From the NCBI GenBank assembly GCA_038279365.1, contig JAYODI010000068.1:1-32773 (forward strand): DNA of 32,773 nucleotides. Reading direction: 5' to 3'. The notes below the pieces were generated by a model. That model had not been told where the DNA came from. It searched no databases and saw only the letters and a program-made list of their open reading frames with translations. A program made the position numbers and the translations under genes. Source of the DNA: Candidatus Latescibacterota bacterium. Lineage in GTDB: Bacteria > Latescibacterota > UBA2968. Positions 1-9,406 of the stretch are shown here, piece after piece (within the stretch, counting starts at the first letter, position 1; every line of letters begins with the position of its first letter).

Positions 1-684
1 CAAGAACCCGGTGCTTGGGGTCCATATAAGTTGGTGAAGAATATTCCTGCAGCTCAACTGAGCAGTTATCTCAACACCGACTCTGATAGTGGCACGTATA
101 AGTATGCCTTTGCAGACAACAGCGATTTGGTCACATTTGGTTTCACATACTATTATTATGTGGCCGCTTATGACAATGAATCGGGTAGCATTGCAGGCAA
201 ACCTTATACATCGTTGGAAACGCACAAGAACAACTTTAATGGCCGTACGGGTTTGTGGGAAGGCACGCATCACTATGCAACTGCCAACTCATTTTTCCCA
301 AATGGCAATGATTTGGCTGGTTTGAAAGACATTGGTGCCGCATTTGTGTTAAAAGCACCTTTGGTTGATGCCAGTGTGTTGACTGCTGGCACGTTGAAAG
401 TACAAGTCAAACCCAACCCATATAAAAAGCAAGCCTTGCACGATACGGGTACTGAGCACAAGATTCTCTTTACAAACTTGGCCACCGGCACCAAAATTAC
501 GATTTTGGATGTGGCGGGTCAGATTGTAGACGTGCTTGAGTTTAATGGCACCAATCAATTTGATGGTACATTATTTTGGGATATGTTTTCAAAAGACGGT
601 ATTGAGGTTGCAAGCGGACTCTATATTTATGTTGCCCAATATCCTGGTGGCCAGCAAACGGGTCATTTTGCGATTATGCGGTAA
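1..684 (+). CDS. C-terminal part of a secreted/surface protein ending in a FlgD-Ig/T9SS-sorting-like domain (5'-truncated by window)
   Basis: Frame is open from base 1. Contains a FN3-like 'TYYYYVAAYD' strand and a C-terminal 'VKPNPY...ILFTNL...TKITILDVAGQIV...LFWD...GIEVASGLYIY' pattern typical of FCB-group sorting domains. Lies directly upstream of a PorV-like gene. Confidence 0.75.
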   Translation, partial: QEPGAWGPYKLVKNIPAAQLSSYLNTDSDSGTYKYAFADNSDLVTFGFTYYYYVAAYDNESGSIAGKPYTSLETHKNNFNGRTGLWEGTHHYATANSFFPNGNDLAGLKDIGAAFVLKAPLVDASVLTAGTLKVQVKPNPYKKQALHDTGTEHKILFTNLATGTKITILDVAGQIVDVLEFNGTNQFDGTLFWDMFSKDGIEVASGLYIYVAQYPGGQQTGHFAIMR

Positions 685-737
685 CGGAAATTTTACTAAG
701 GTAGAGTCAATCACTTGAATTATGATGGAGGATCACA

Positions 738-1775
738 ATGAAATTCCTCAAAACATTGTTGGGACTCGCGCTTGCAGTCTGGATGCTCGGTGGAACGGCC
801 GATGCACAGGTGCGCAAGGCCGGTTTGACCGGTGCGAGTTTTCTGAAAATTGGGGTTGGAGCACGTGCGGTGGCGTTAGGCTCGGCCTATACGACCATTC
901 GCTCAGATGTAAACCAGATGTTCTGGAACCCAGCAGGTATTTCGCTGGTGGGTGGCAAAACACAAGCAACATTTTCATATAACCAGTGGATTGCCGATTT
1001 GAGTCACTATGCCGCAGGTATTAGCCATGACTTTGGTACATGGGGTACTTGGGGTGTGGGTGTGGTTGCAATGGGTGTTAGTGACATTCCTGCCAACCGC
1101 GATGCGGTGCCAGGCTTTTTGTCGGGCACGTATACAGGTTTTGTAGATCCCAACACTTCAGCGACTTACAACTATAACGATACGGCCATTAATATTTCTT
1201 GGGCCTATCAGTTTACAGATCGTTTGTCGATGGGTGTAACGGGCAAATACATCAATCAGTCGATTGATGGCCAAAGTGTTAATGCTATGGCGATTGATGT
1301 GGGTGCTATTTATGACATTGGTTATAAAGGCGCACGCATTGGTGCACGTATGAACAACTTGGGTGGTGACCTGAAGTATTATGACATTGGTGCACCGTTG
1401 CCCTTGGTGTTTAGCGTGGGTACCTCAATCGACTTGCTTGATCAAGAAGAACAAGGTATGCGCTTTACAGCCATGCTTGATGCAACAAAACCACAAGATG
1501 CCGAGCAGTTGTTGTTTGCCGCTGGCGAATTTCAAGTGATGAAATATTTGATGGTTCGCGGTGGATACAAGTTTAACTATTCGGGCATTACGGATAAGAA
1601 GACCGATGAAATCACACGGCAACCCATTAATGCCGATCGCACCGAAGAAGGGTATACTTTGGGTGGTGGTATTGATTATCCGTTTGGTGGCTATCGTTTG
1701 GGTGTAGACTATGCTTATACACAGTTTGGTATTTTGGATAGTGTGCACCGTGTCACAATGAATATTGGGTTCTAA
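738..1775 (+). CDS. PorV/PorQ (UPF0164)-family outer-membrane beta-barrel protein
   Basis: Signal peptide; family motif 'FLKIGVGARAVALGSAY...MFWNPAG'; C-terminal 'DYAY..FG.L...HRVTMNIGF' ending in Phe; GGAGG RBS. Confidence 0.85.
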   Translation: MKFLKTLLGLALAVWMLGGTADAQVRKAGLTGASFLKIGVGARAVALGSAYTTIRSDVNQMFWNPAGISLVGGKTQATFSYNQWIADLSHYAAGISHDFGTWGTWGVGVVAMGVSDIPANRDAVPGFLSGTYTGFVDPNTSATYNYNDTAINISWAYQFTDRLSMGVTGKYINQSIDGQSVNAMAIDVGAIYDIGYKGARIGARMNNLGGDLKYYDIGAPLPLVFSVGTSIDLLDQEEQGMRFTAMLDATKPQDAEQLLFAAGEFQVMKYLMVRGGYKFNYSGITDKKTDEITRQPINADRTEEGYTLGGGIDYPFGGYRLGVDYAYTQFGILDSVHRVTMNIGF

Positions 1776-1807
1776 GCCTATTTTAAAAGTGTATTAGAAA
1801 CCATATG

Positions 1808-1844
1808 GGCCTCCGGGGCTATTTGACCTCGGAGGCCTCTTTTT
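1808..1844 (+). terminator. Intrinsic terminator
   Basis: GGCCTCCGGGG/CCTCGGAGGCC stem followed by TCTTTTT. Confidence 0.75.
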
Positions 1845-1910
1845 AGATTACGTTGGAAGCAAGATGTCTGTTCTTTTTTTAGGTTCATGAAATTATAAAG
1901 ACGAGTATAT

Positions 1911-2762
1911 ATGGATATGTGGTTGTTAGGTACAGGGGGGGGCGTTTATCAAAGCCCCGATGGATGGCATTGGACACGCGTTTCGGAATACGATTATCGC
2001 ATCACGGCGTTAATATCCGATGAACAAGGTATTTTGGCGGCTTGTGGCAGTGGTTTGTGGCGGATTTTATCAAATGATTTGGTGTGGGTGCAATTACACG
2101 ATGAGACTTTGACAGAGGTTATGGACATTGCGCGTGTGCCGGGTGATGTGGGCATTGTGGCAGCATCGGCCTATGGTGTGGCAACGGGTTATCACACAGA
2201 TGATGGGGTGGTGCGTTGGCGTTGGCATTCAGACGATTTGCCAGTCAATGCACGATTTACCAATGCCATTGTGGCCAATACGGCGCATCGGTGGGTGATT
2301 GGCACAGAAGCAGGCGTGTTGATAACAGAAGATGCAGGTGGGGTATGGCAGTGGACAAATTTGATAGGTGTTGGCATTCGGAATTTGCGCCATATTATGG
2401 GGCAGTGGTGGGCATGTGCAGATAATGGCATTTGGATGAGTGATGATGGTGTTTTTTGGAAACGAGCGGGCAAAGGTCTTGTGGATGTGGCGGTGTTTGA
2501 TGTGGCGGTGACAAAAGTGGGTGTGGTATTGGGCACGGAAGATGGGGTGTGGTGTGGGGATGGTCTGACAGGATGGGAAAAGGTCGGCTTACACGGACAA
2601 GTGCACGCTGTGGATGTGCACCAAGAAAAGACAGATTTATGGGTTGCTGGATGTTTGCCAGGTGGGGTTTGGGTGACAGACAGTGCGGGCAAGGCGTGGT
2701 CATATATGCCCGATTTGCCAGGTGGGGTTGAGGTTGTTTTGGCTCCGGGAGGCGGGGTATGA
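1911..2762 (+). CDS. BNR/WD40-like beta-propeller repeat protein
   Basis: Repeated blades 'GT.GGVY.S.DG..W', 'GTEAGVLITEDAG..W', 'GIWMSDDG..W', 'GGVWVTDSAGKAW'; stop overlaps next start (ATGA). Confidence 0.75.
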   Translation: MDMWLLGTGGGVYQSPDGWHWTRVSEYDYRITALISDEQGILAACGSGLWRILSNDLVWVQLHDETLTEVMDIARVPGDVGIVAASAYGVATGYHTDDGVVRWRWHSDDLPVNARFTNAIVANTAHRWVIGTEAGVLITEDAGGVWQWTNLIGVGIRNLRHIMGQWWACADNGIWMSDDGVFWKRAGKGLVDVAVFDVAVTKVGVVLGTEDGVWCGDGLTGWEKVGLHGQVHAVDVHQEKTDLWVAGCLPGGVWVTDSAGKAWSYMPDLPGGVEVVLAPGGGV

Positions 2763-4519
2763 CAGAAGAAGCGTATCGGACAGAATTGGAAAAACGTGGT
2801 GATAAGATTTTGCGACATGTAGCAGATCAACCGACGTCTATTTATGCCTGTCACGCACTTTTTGCTTTGGATGAAAAAACAGATCAAGTAGAAGACATTG
2901 TAAAGCGTGTTTTTGGCGGTGAAAAGGCAGGGGCTTTTGGGCGTGTTGCGGCCGGAACGTTTGATGTGTTTGCCGCGATGCATTTGGCCAGCCGGTGGCA
3001 GGCACAATTGAGTGTGGGCACGCTGGATCATATCCGTCAGATCATGACTCATGGGATGCATCACCGAGGCAATACCGAAAATCATTGGTTGATGTATTAT
3101 GTGGGGCATTTGTTGGCTGCAGAAATGTGGCCCGACGAATCGGTGATGTGGAATGGCTTGCGCCCCCAAGTGGTGCAAAAAGAGGCCACGCGCTGGTTGT
3201 TGGGCATGATGGATCGCACGGCTCGAACAGGGCATCACGAATACGATTCGACGCAATATCATGGCTGGCATGTGACGCCGATGATTGCTTTGGCCGACCA
3301 TGCAAAGGATGAAGTTTTGCGCAAAAAGGCGGCCCAAACAGCAACGCTATTGATTGCCGATATGGCATTGGAATATTTTGCAGGCGCTTGGGCAGGAGGA
3401 CATTGTCGCGAGGGGTACCGCGAAAATACATGGCGTTATGTGGGCACGTCTGCTGCGTTGATGGCTTATTATTTTGGTGATGAGACGGAAGATCCATTGC
3501 ATATTCAAGCGGGCATGTGCCCTGCGGTGGTGGCCCACTATCAACCGCCTGCATTGTTGGCTGAGCTTGCGCGTGAACGGTCTGTGCCCCGTGTGATCAA
3601 AAAGACAAAGGCACCGCGCACCATTTATCGGTATGTGGAGGGTGAGACCAAACCCGTGCGAAAATATACCTATTTGAGCCGATCTTTTGCATTGGGATCA
3701 ACACAAGTGGGTTTGCCGGGGGCACCGGCTGGACCCATTGATTTGATTTCGTGGGATTTGACTTGGGATGCTCCCAAGCATGAAGGCTCGGTGGTGTGCA
3801 ACCACCCTTATTTGGACTCGGGTCGTTTTGGTGCATTTTTGAGTGAATCGCCTCAAAGCATTGAGCGCAATGTGGCCTCTCCAAAACCGTATTTGCAAAA
3901 CCCAGACCGGTTGTTTGGCGCCTCACCTTATGAGCAGATGATGCAATTTGAAAATGCGATGATTGTGTTGTATCGCATTCCTAAGGGGGATCGGACGCCT
4001 TATGTGAATTTGTATTTGCCGCGCAGTGTCAAATGGGTAGAACGCGCAGGATGGATTTTGGGTGATATGGGCAATTTTTATTTGGGATTGCGTCCTATTG
4101 GGGCTTATCGCTGGGAATCTATTTCGGAAGATGATCATGTCAATGGTTGGCTGTTGCGCATAGAAGATCTCCATGCTGGGTTGGTGGTTGAAGCCATAGA
4201 AGCCGATGATGTGGCCTCTTTTGCGGCCTTTTGTGAAGCTGTGGATCAGCGCGACTTGGATTTGTCTGATTGGCACACACACGGTGTGGTGCGTTATGAG
4301 GCATTGAATGGTCATCAATTGAAAATGGTTTATGATGGCGCACATTTTGTAGATGGTGAAGCAATAGATTATGAAGCTTGGCCACTCTATGGTGGGCCAG
4401 GTATTGATGCCCCATTGGGCACAGGTGTGATCCGGTTTGAACACGGAGATCAAAAGCTTGTGCTTGATTTTGATGTGGACGAAAAACAAGCGATGATTCC
4501 GATGCGGGTCATTGGTTAA
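2759..4519 (+). CDS. Hypothetical protein, possibly heparinase/polysaccharide-lyase-like (helical N-domain, beta-rich C-domain)
   Basis: 586-aa ORF coupled to the upstream gene; 'TENH.LM' and 'EYDS..Y' motifs resemble heparinase II/III-like proteins. Function is inferred. Confidence 0.55.
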   Translation: MTEEAYRTELEKRGDKILRHVADQPTSIYACHALFALDEKTDQVEDIVKRVFGGEKAGAFGRVAAGTFDVFAAMHLASRWQAQLSVGTLDHIRQIMTHGMHHRGNTENHWLMYYVGHLLAAEMWPDESVMWNGLRPQVVQKEATRWLLGMMDRTARTGHHEYDSTQYHGWHVTPMIALADHAKDEVLRKKAAQTATLLIADMALEYFAGAWAGGHCREGYRENTWRYVGTSAALMAYYFGDETEDPLHIQAGMCPAVVAHYQPPALLAELARERSVPRVIKKTKAPRTIYRYVEGETKPVRKYTYLSRSFALGSTQVGLPGAPAGPIDLISWDLTWDAPKHEGSVVCNHPYLDSGRFGAFLSESPQSIERNVASPKPYLQNPDRLFGASPYEQMMQFENAMIVLYRIPKGDRTPYVNLYLPRSVKWVERAGWILGDMGNFYLGLRPIGAYRWESISEDDHVNGWLLRIEDLHAGLVVEAIEADDVASFAAFCEAVDQRDLDLSDWHTHGVVRYEALNGHQLKMVYDGAHFVDGEAIDYEAWPLYGGPGIDAPLGTGVIRFEHGDQKLVLDFDVDEKQAMIPMRVIG

Positions 4520-4592
4520 ATCTGGGATGTTTTGTGATCCATTTAAAAATAAATACAACTGTTTGATGTATCGTTTCTATGAAAAATTAAAA

Positions 4593-7500
4593 ATGAAAAA
4601 ATATCTTTTATTTGTGATTTTGTGTTTTGTTTCGTCGCTTGAAGCCAATGATATGGCCAATCGGTTGGGCCATATTGTCACGACGTTGTCTGATGTGGAC
4701 TCGCGCATAACGGGTTATGCGGGCAATCGTTTGGCGGCAGAAGAGATTGAGCAACAGTTGCGCAACTTGGGTGTGGCAGAGATTCACCATCATCATTTTC
4801 GTGTGCCTGTACCCATTGACGAGGGGTTTGAACTGGTTGCGGGTGCAAAGCGGATCCAATTGTATGGGATGTGGCCCAATTTGGTGCGCACATCCACTTT
4901 GCCACCCAATGGTCTTTCAGGCGTTTTGATTGATGGGGGCAATGGCGATTTGTCGGCGTTGGATGGGGTGCCCATTCAAGATCGCATTGTGTTGTTGGAT
5001 TATGATTGTGGGGATCGGTGGGTTGCATTTTTTCAGTTGGGTGCAAAAGCCGTTATTTTTCGCAATGCCGAAGGCACACATCGCAAAGAAGCCGATTTGA
5101 AGTTTTTGGAAGTGCCCGCTGATTTGCCTCGGTTTTATGTTGCCGATGCCACACAGATTAATGCTTTGGCGGCAGCGCAAAAGACGGTGCAATTGTTTGG
5201 GCAAATGACGTGGCAAAATGTGCAAGGGCGTACGATTGTTGGCATTATTGAAGGTACTGATCCAACGCTGAAACATGAAGCCATTTATCTCAATGCCCAT
5301 TACGATGCCATGTCACCGGTGCCGGCATTGGCACCTGGGGCGGCACAGGCGGCGTCTGCGGCAGGGTTGTTGGAATTTTTGCGTGTGTTTGAAAAAACGC
5401 CACCAAAGCGTACGGTTGTTGTGGTTTTTACAGATGGCCACTTTTTGAATTTGGCAGGGATTCGCCCATTTGTGCCGCTGCTTCAAGTGGCATCGGGGTT
5501 GCGTGAAAAAGATTTGAAGACGTGGACGCAAGAAGAGCTGGCTCTAATGGATCGGTTGGATGATTTTGATGTGCGTTTGTTTGTGGGTATGGATTTGTTG
5601 GTGGGCAGTGACAAGTTGATTGTGAGCAAGCCCGCCTTTCCATATCGCATTGCATTGCCCACGCCACCGCTTTTGGATCGGTTGTTGAATTTGACGGTTG
5701 ATTATGAAGACCGCGTTTTGGGTGGGCAAAAAATATTGTCCAATGGTTTGAAGCAAGATTTAAGTCGTCAAGGTTTGGGAAGTGTACCAGAGACGGTTCC
5801 TGTGGATGCTGCGGCACCTGCGCTGGCAGGTTTTCCAACGTTGTTGTTTACCACCATTAATGACATTCGCAAGGCGTTTGATTCACCTGCCGACAAGGTG
5901 GATGGATTGCGTTTTGAGGGTTTGGCCACACAAGTGGCATTTTTGCAATATGTGATTGCAGGTTTGGTGAATGATCAAGATCTGGAGGCCTGGGATGTGA
6001 GCACCGATGCCTTTGGGATGATGCATGGTGAGGTGATGCATTATGGGGCGCGCAGTTATTTGCCCGATAACCCAACGGCTGGGGCATTGGTGCGCATACG
6101 GTTGCGCAACCCAACTTTGGCTGGGGTGCGGGGTGACTTTTGGACTGTGGCCGATGATTCGGGGCGATTTGAAGTGCAAGGTCTTGAGACCACAAAAATT
6201 CTGTACACCAAAAAGGTTCGCGTTGAAGCCTATGGGGTCGATGATCTCACTGGTGTGGTGACCGATGCACCTGACTGGGGTGTCAATGGAGAGCGACGGT
6301 TGCCTGATCGGGCCTTAAAAGTATTGATGGACAATGAAGTTGAAGAAGTACAGGTGGTGACAACGGCGGTTGCGGGGCTGACGATATTTGAAATGTTTGA
6401 TCCGCGCAATTTGCTGACGCCTGAGCGTGTTGAGATTGTGGATGCCAGTATGGAGGCCGAGCCGAGTAGTTTTGGCGCGGTGTTGCCATTGACCCCCCCA
6501 GAGATCAGTTTGTTTGGATATGTAAACCGAGTAGGGTCTCATGTGGAAACGTCGGGTGTGTTGTTTGTCAAGCCCGGCATGTCTTTAAAGGCCATTATGT
6601 CAACGGGGTTGTATGGGTTGGGGCGGCGGTTAATTTTGTTGAACAGCTCAGTTGATCACCCCGAAGGCATTGGGTATCCTGTGCCTGTAGAATCGCGTTT
6701 GACAGAGACGGTGTATCATGTGGCCAAAGATATTATTTATTTGAATGGCTCGCGCATTGCCAATTTGGAAAAACACGGTGTCAACAATCGGCGGTTGGCG
6801 GGTTTTCATCAGGAGTCTCAAAAGTTTCTTCAAGAAGCGGACGGTGCTCGCACAGAAAACAGGCATCAAGACTTTTTGGATCACTCACGCAAGGCGTGGT
6901 CGTTGGCGGCTGCGGCTTATCAGGATGTATCGAGCACACAAAGTGGTGTGATTCAGGGGGCGTTGTTTTTGTTGGCGATGTTGGTGCCATTTGCACATTT
7001 TGCCGAGCGGTTGGTGTTTGGTTTTCCCGATTTGCGGGGGCAAGTGTTTGGGTTTTTTGGGTTTTTCTTGGCTGGCTTTTTTGCGCTGCGTTATTTGCAT
7101 CCGGCTTTTGAATTGTCGATTTCGCCTGCTGTGATTTTGTTGGGTTTTGTGATTTTGACGTTGGGGTTGCTGGTGACGAGCATTGGTGTGTCACGTTTAA
7201 ATGGTGAACTGAAAGATTTGGCATCGGGGCGCAGAGGGCGTGAGCGCAATGATTTGCAACGCTCGGGTACATTTATGACGTCGGTGTCTGTGGGATTGGC
7301 CCATTTGCGTCGTCGGCCTTTGCGCACAGGATTGACGTGTGCAACACTTGTTTTGTTGACGTTTTCGGTGTTGTCGTTTACGTCTATTCGGTCTTCTTTG
7401 CGCACCAACAATATTGAAGTGGGTGAGGGTGCGCGTTATAGTGGGGTGTTGGTGCGGATGCCAGGGTGGCAAACGATGGAGATGACGGCTTATCGGTCGT

Positions 7501-9017
7501 TTACGGATCGTTTTGGGGAAGATCGGGTGGCACCACGGGCTTGGATTTCGGGTGATGGGGTAGGTACGCGCTTTTTGGTGCAGCGGGTTGAAGATGATAC
7601 ACGGTTTACTGAAATTACAGGTGTGACGGGTTTGTCTGCATTGGAAAGTTCGCTTGTGCATTTGGATGAAGGTTTGGTGGCGGGGCGTTGGTTGAAAAAT
7701 GGCGAAAGTGATGTGTGTGTGTTGCCTTTGGCGGTGGCCGATTCATTGGGTATTTCGGCAGGTGATTTGGACAAGGCCTCAATTCGCATTTTTGGTGAGG
7801 TGTTTCGGGTGGTGGGCTTGATTGAGACACAGGCCATGAATTTGCCCGATTTGAATGGGGAACCATTAACACCGTTGCACCCTGAGGCAAAAACATTGGC
7901 GGCCATTGAGGCCAAACAAAGCCGTGGGGGAGGCAGTGGGCAGTTGCCATCGTTTGATCATTTGGAACCGAATGAGGTTATTGTTTTGCCGTTTGATGCG
8001 GTGATGCAGTGGGAAAATGCGGTGTTGATTTCGGTGGGGTTGCAAACAGAAGATGTGGATGGTGTTTTGCAGGAGTTGTCAGAGACGGTGGATATTAATT
8101 TGTTTGCGGGTAAAAATGGCAAGCGGTATTTGATCAATACGGTTGGGGTGGCGTCGGTGTCGGGGTTGGGTGATTTGGCAGTACCGATTGGCATTGCGGC
8201 GTTGATTGTGCTCAATACGATGATGGGTGCGGTGTATGAACGCACACGAGAGATTGGAACCTTTAATGCGGTGGGGTTGGCGCCCAAACACGTGAGCAAC
8301 TTGTTTATGGCCGAAGCGTGCGCTTATGCGGTGGTGGGCGCTGTAATGGGGTATGTGTTGGGGCAATTGGCGGCACAAACGATTGGGACGTGGGGATTTT
8401 TGGAGGGGCTGGAACTGAATTATTCTTCGCTTTCGGCGGTGTTGTCTTTGGGTTTGGTGATGGTGGTGGTGATGTTGTCTGCTCTTTACCCCGCTTATCA
8501 GGCAGGTAAAATTTGTACGCCGGGTATTGAACGGCGCTGGACACCGCCTCGGCCCGATTCGGATACGTTGGAAATGGTGTTGCCTTTTACATTGATGCGT
8601 ACCGATGCCCATGGGATGGGTGCGTTTTTGGCGGAGTTTTGGGCATCGCATCAGGAGCAGTCGATTGGGGCTGGATTTTATGTGGAGGCGTTGCAAGCAC
8701 GCCAAGAGGGCAATCAGGTGTTGTTGGATGTGAAGACGTGGTTGGCGCCGTTTGATCAGGGTGTGATGCAAAATGTGTCTTTGGTGATGGAACCCGGCAA
8801 TGATCGGTATTATGGCATTGTGGTCAGGTTGCAACGCACGGCGGGTGATTTTGAGACGTGGAGCCGGGTGATGCGTACGTTTTTGGATGATTTGAGGAAG
8901 CAGTTTTTGGTGTGGCGCACTTTGGCGTTAGAGGATCGGCAGTTTTATGCGGCGGAGTTGGCGCGGTGGGTGGAGGAGACAGAAGGGAGTAAAGTGGTGG
9001 AGGTGAAGGGGGTTTGA
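4593..9017 (+). CDS. Large membrane protein: M28-peptidase-like periplasmic domain (with PA-like insert) fused to an FtsX/MacB-like permease
   Basis: Signal peptide MKKYLLFVILCFVSSLEA from ATG 4593; 'AHYD' and 'PPKRTVVVVF' M28-like segments; 'RRRPLRTGLT' and 'VYERTREIG...AVGLAP..V..LF..E' FtsX motifs; several TM helices. Confidence 0.8.
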   Translation: MKKYLLFVILCFVSSLEANDMANRLGHIVTTLSDVDSRITGYAGNRLAAEEIEQQLRNLGVAEIHHHHFRVPVPIDEGFELVAGAKRIQLYGMWPNLVRTSTLPPNGLSGVLIDGGNGDLSALDGVPIQDRIVLLDYDCGDRWVAFFQLGAKAVIFRNAEGTHRKEADLKFLEVPADLPRFYVADATQINALAAAQKTVQLFGQMTWQNVQGRTIVGIIEGTDPTLKHEAIYLNAHYDAMSPVPALAPGAAQAASAAGLLEFLRVFEKTPPKRTVVVVFTDGHFLNLAGIRPFVPLLQVASGLREKDLKTWTQEELALMDRLDDFDVRLFVGMDLLVGSDKLIVSKPAFPYRIALPTPPLLDRLLNLTVDYEDRVLGGQKILSNGLKQDLSRQGLGSVPETVPVDAAAPALAGFPTLLFTTINDIRKAFDSPADKVDGLRFEGLATQVAFLQYVIAGLVNDQDLEAWDVSTDAFGMMHGEVMHYGARSYLPDNPTAGALVRIRLRNPTLAGVRGDFWTVADDSGRFEVQGLETTKILYTKKVRVEAYGVDDLTGVVTDAPDWGVNGERRLPDRALKVLMDNEVEEVQVVTTAVAGLTIFEMFDPRNLLTPERVEIVDASMEAEPSSFGAVLPLTPPEISLFGYVNRVGSHVETSGVLFVKPGMSLKAIMSTGLYGLGRRLILLNSSVDHPEGIGYPVPVESRLTETVYHVAKDIIYLNGSRIANLEKHGVNNRRLAGFHQESQKFLQEADGARTENRHQDFLDHSRKAWSLAAAAYQDVSSTQSGVIQGALFLLAMLVPFAHFAERLVFGFPDLRGQVFGFFGFFLAGFFALRYLHPAFELSISPAVILLGFVILTLGLLVTSIGVSRLNGELKDLASGRRGRERNDLQRSGTFMTSVSVGLAHLRRRPLRTGLTCATLVLLTFSVLSFTSIRSSLRTNNIEVGEGARYSGVLVRMPGWQTMEMTAYRSFTDRFGEDRVAPRAWISGDGVGTRFLVQRVEDDTRFTEITGVTGLSALESSLVHLDEGLVAGRWLKNGESDVCVLPLAVADSLGISAGDLDKASIRIFGEVFRVVGLIETQAMNLPDLNGEPLTPLHPEAKTLAAIEAKQSRGGGSGQLPSFDHLEPNEVIVLPFDAVMQWENAVLISVGLQTEDVDGVLQELSETVDINLFAGKNGKRYLINTVGVASVSGLGDLAVPIGIAALIVLNTMMGAVYERTREIGTFNAVGLAPKHVSNLFMAEACAYAVVGAVMGYVLGQLAAQTIGTWGFLEGLELNYSSLSAVLSLGLVMVVVMLSALYPAYQAGKICTPGIERRWTPPRPDSDTLEMVLPFTLMRTDAHGMGAFLAEFWASHQEQSIGAGFYVEALQARQEGNQVLLDVKTWLAPFDQGVMQNVSLVMEPGNDRYYGIVVRLQRTAGDFETWSRVMRTFLDDLRKQFLVWRTLALEDRQFYAAELARWVEETEGSKVVEVKGV

Positions 9018-9090
9018 TGGGGAGGGTGGAGATGAGGTTTGTGAGGGGAGAAGCGTTGTGATTCATTGTTTTGATTGCTTTTTGTGATTT

Positions 9091-9293
9091 GCCTTCGGCG
9101 ACTTACTTTTTTTCAACAGCAAAAAAAATAAGCAAAAAATGCCGTCCCTCAGGTGCCGGGAAGGCTGATGTGTTTCGTCGCTTCGCTCCTTATGCGAAAT
9201 AAGGGCACTTCGTGCCTTTTCTAACAAGTTAGAAAACCACCCGCTTCGCGTGTGCTTGTTTGGTCCGCAAATACCTTCAGTGGGCACATGGCG
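9091..9293. repeat. Intergenic multi-hairpin (BoxC/MITE-like) element
   Basis: T-tract/A-tract palindrome 9102-9132; stems 9188-9204 and 9217-9236; four C-TTC-G mini-hairpins. Only one copy is visible in this window. Confidence 0.45.
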
Positions 9294-9406
9294 GATAGTG
9301 GCCTACGAGAGTAAGTGTTGTTACAAAGTGAATAGCTGGACGGAATGGTGCGGAAAATCTTGATGGTTTACGTGATGGTTATTGTGATGATGTACCATCT
9401 TTACTT

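Noticed and set aside
2192-3337. 381-aa minus-strand ORF
   Set aside because: Antisense shadow of two motif-supported plus-strand genes; no recognisable motifs.
9063-9287. 74-aa minus-strand ORF
   Set aside because: Coincides with the palindromic element; its composition reflects the T/A tracts.
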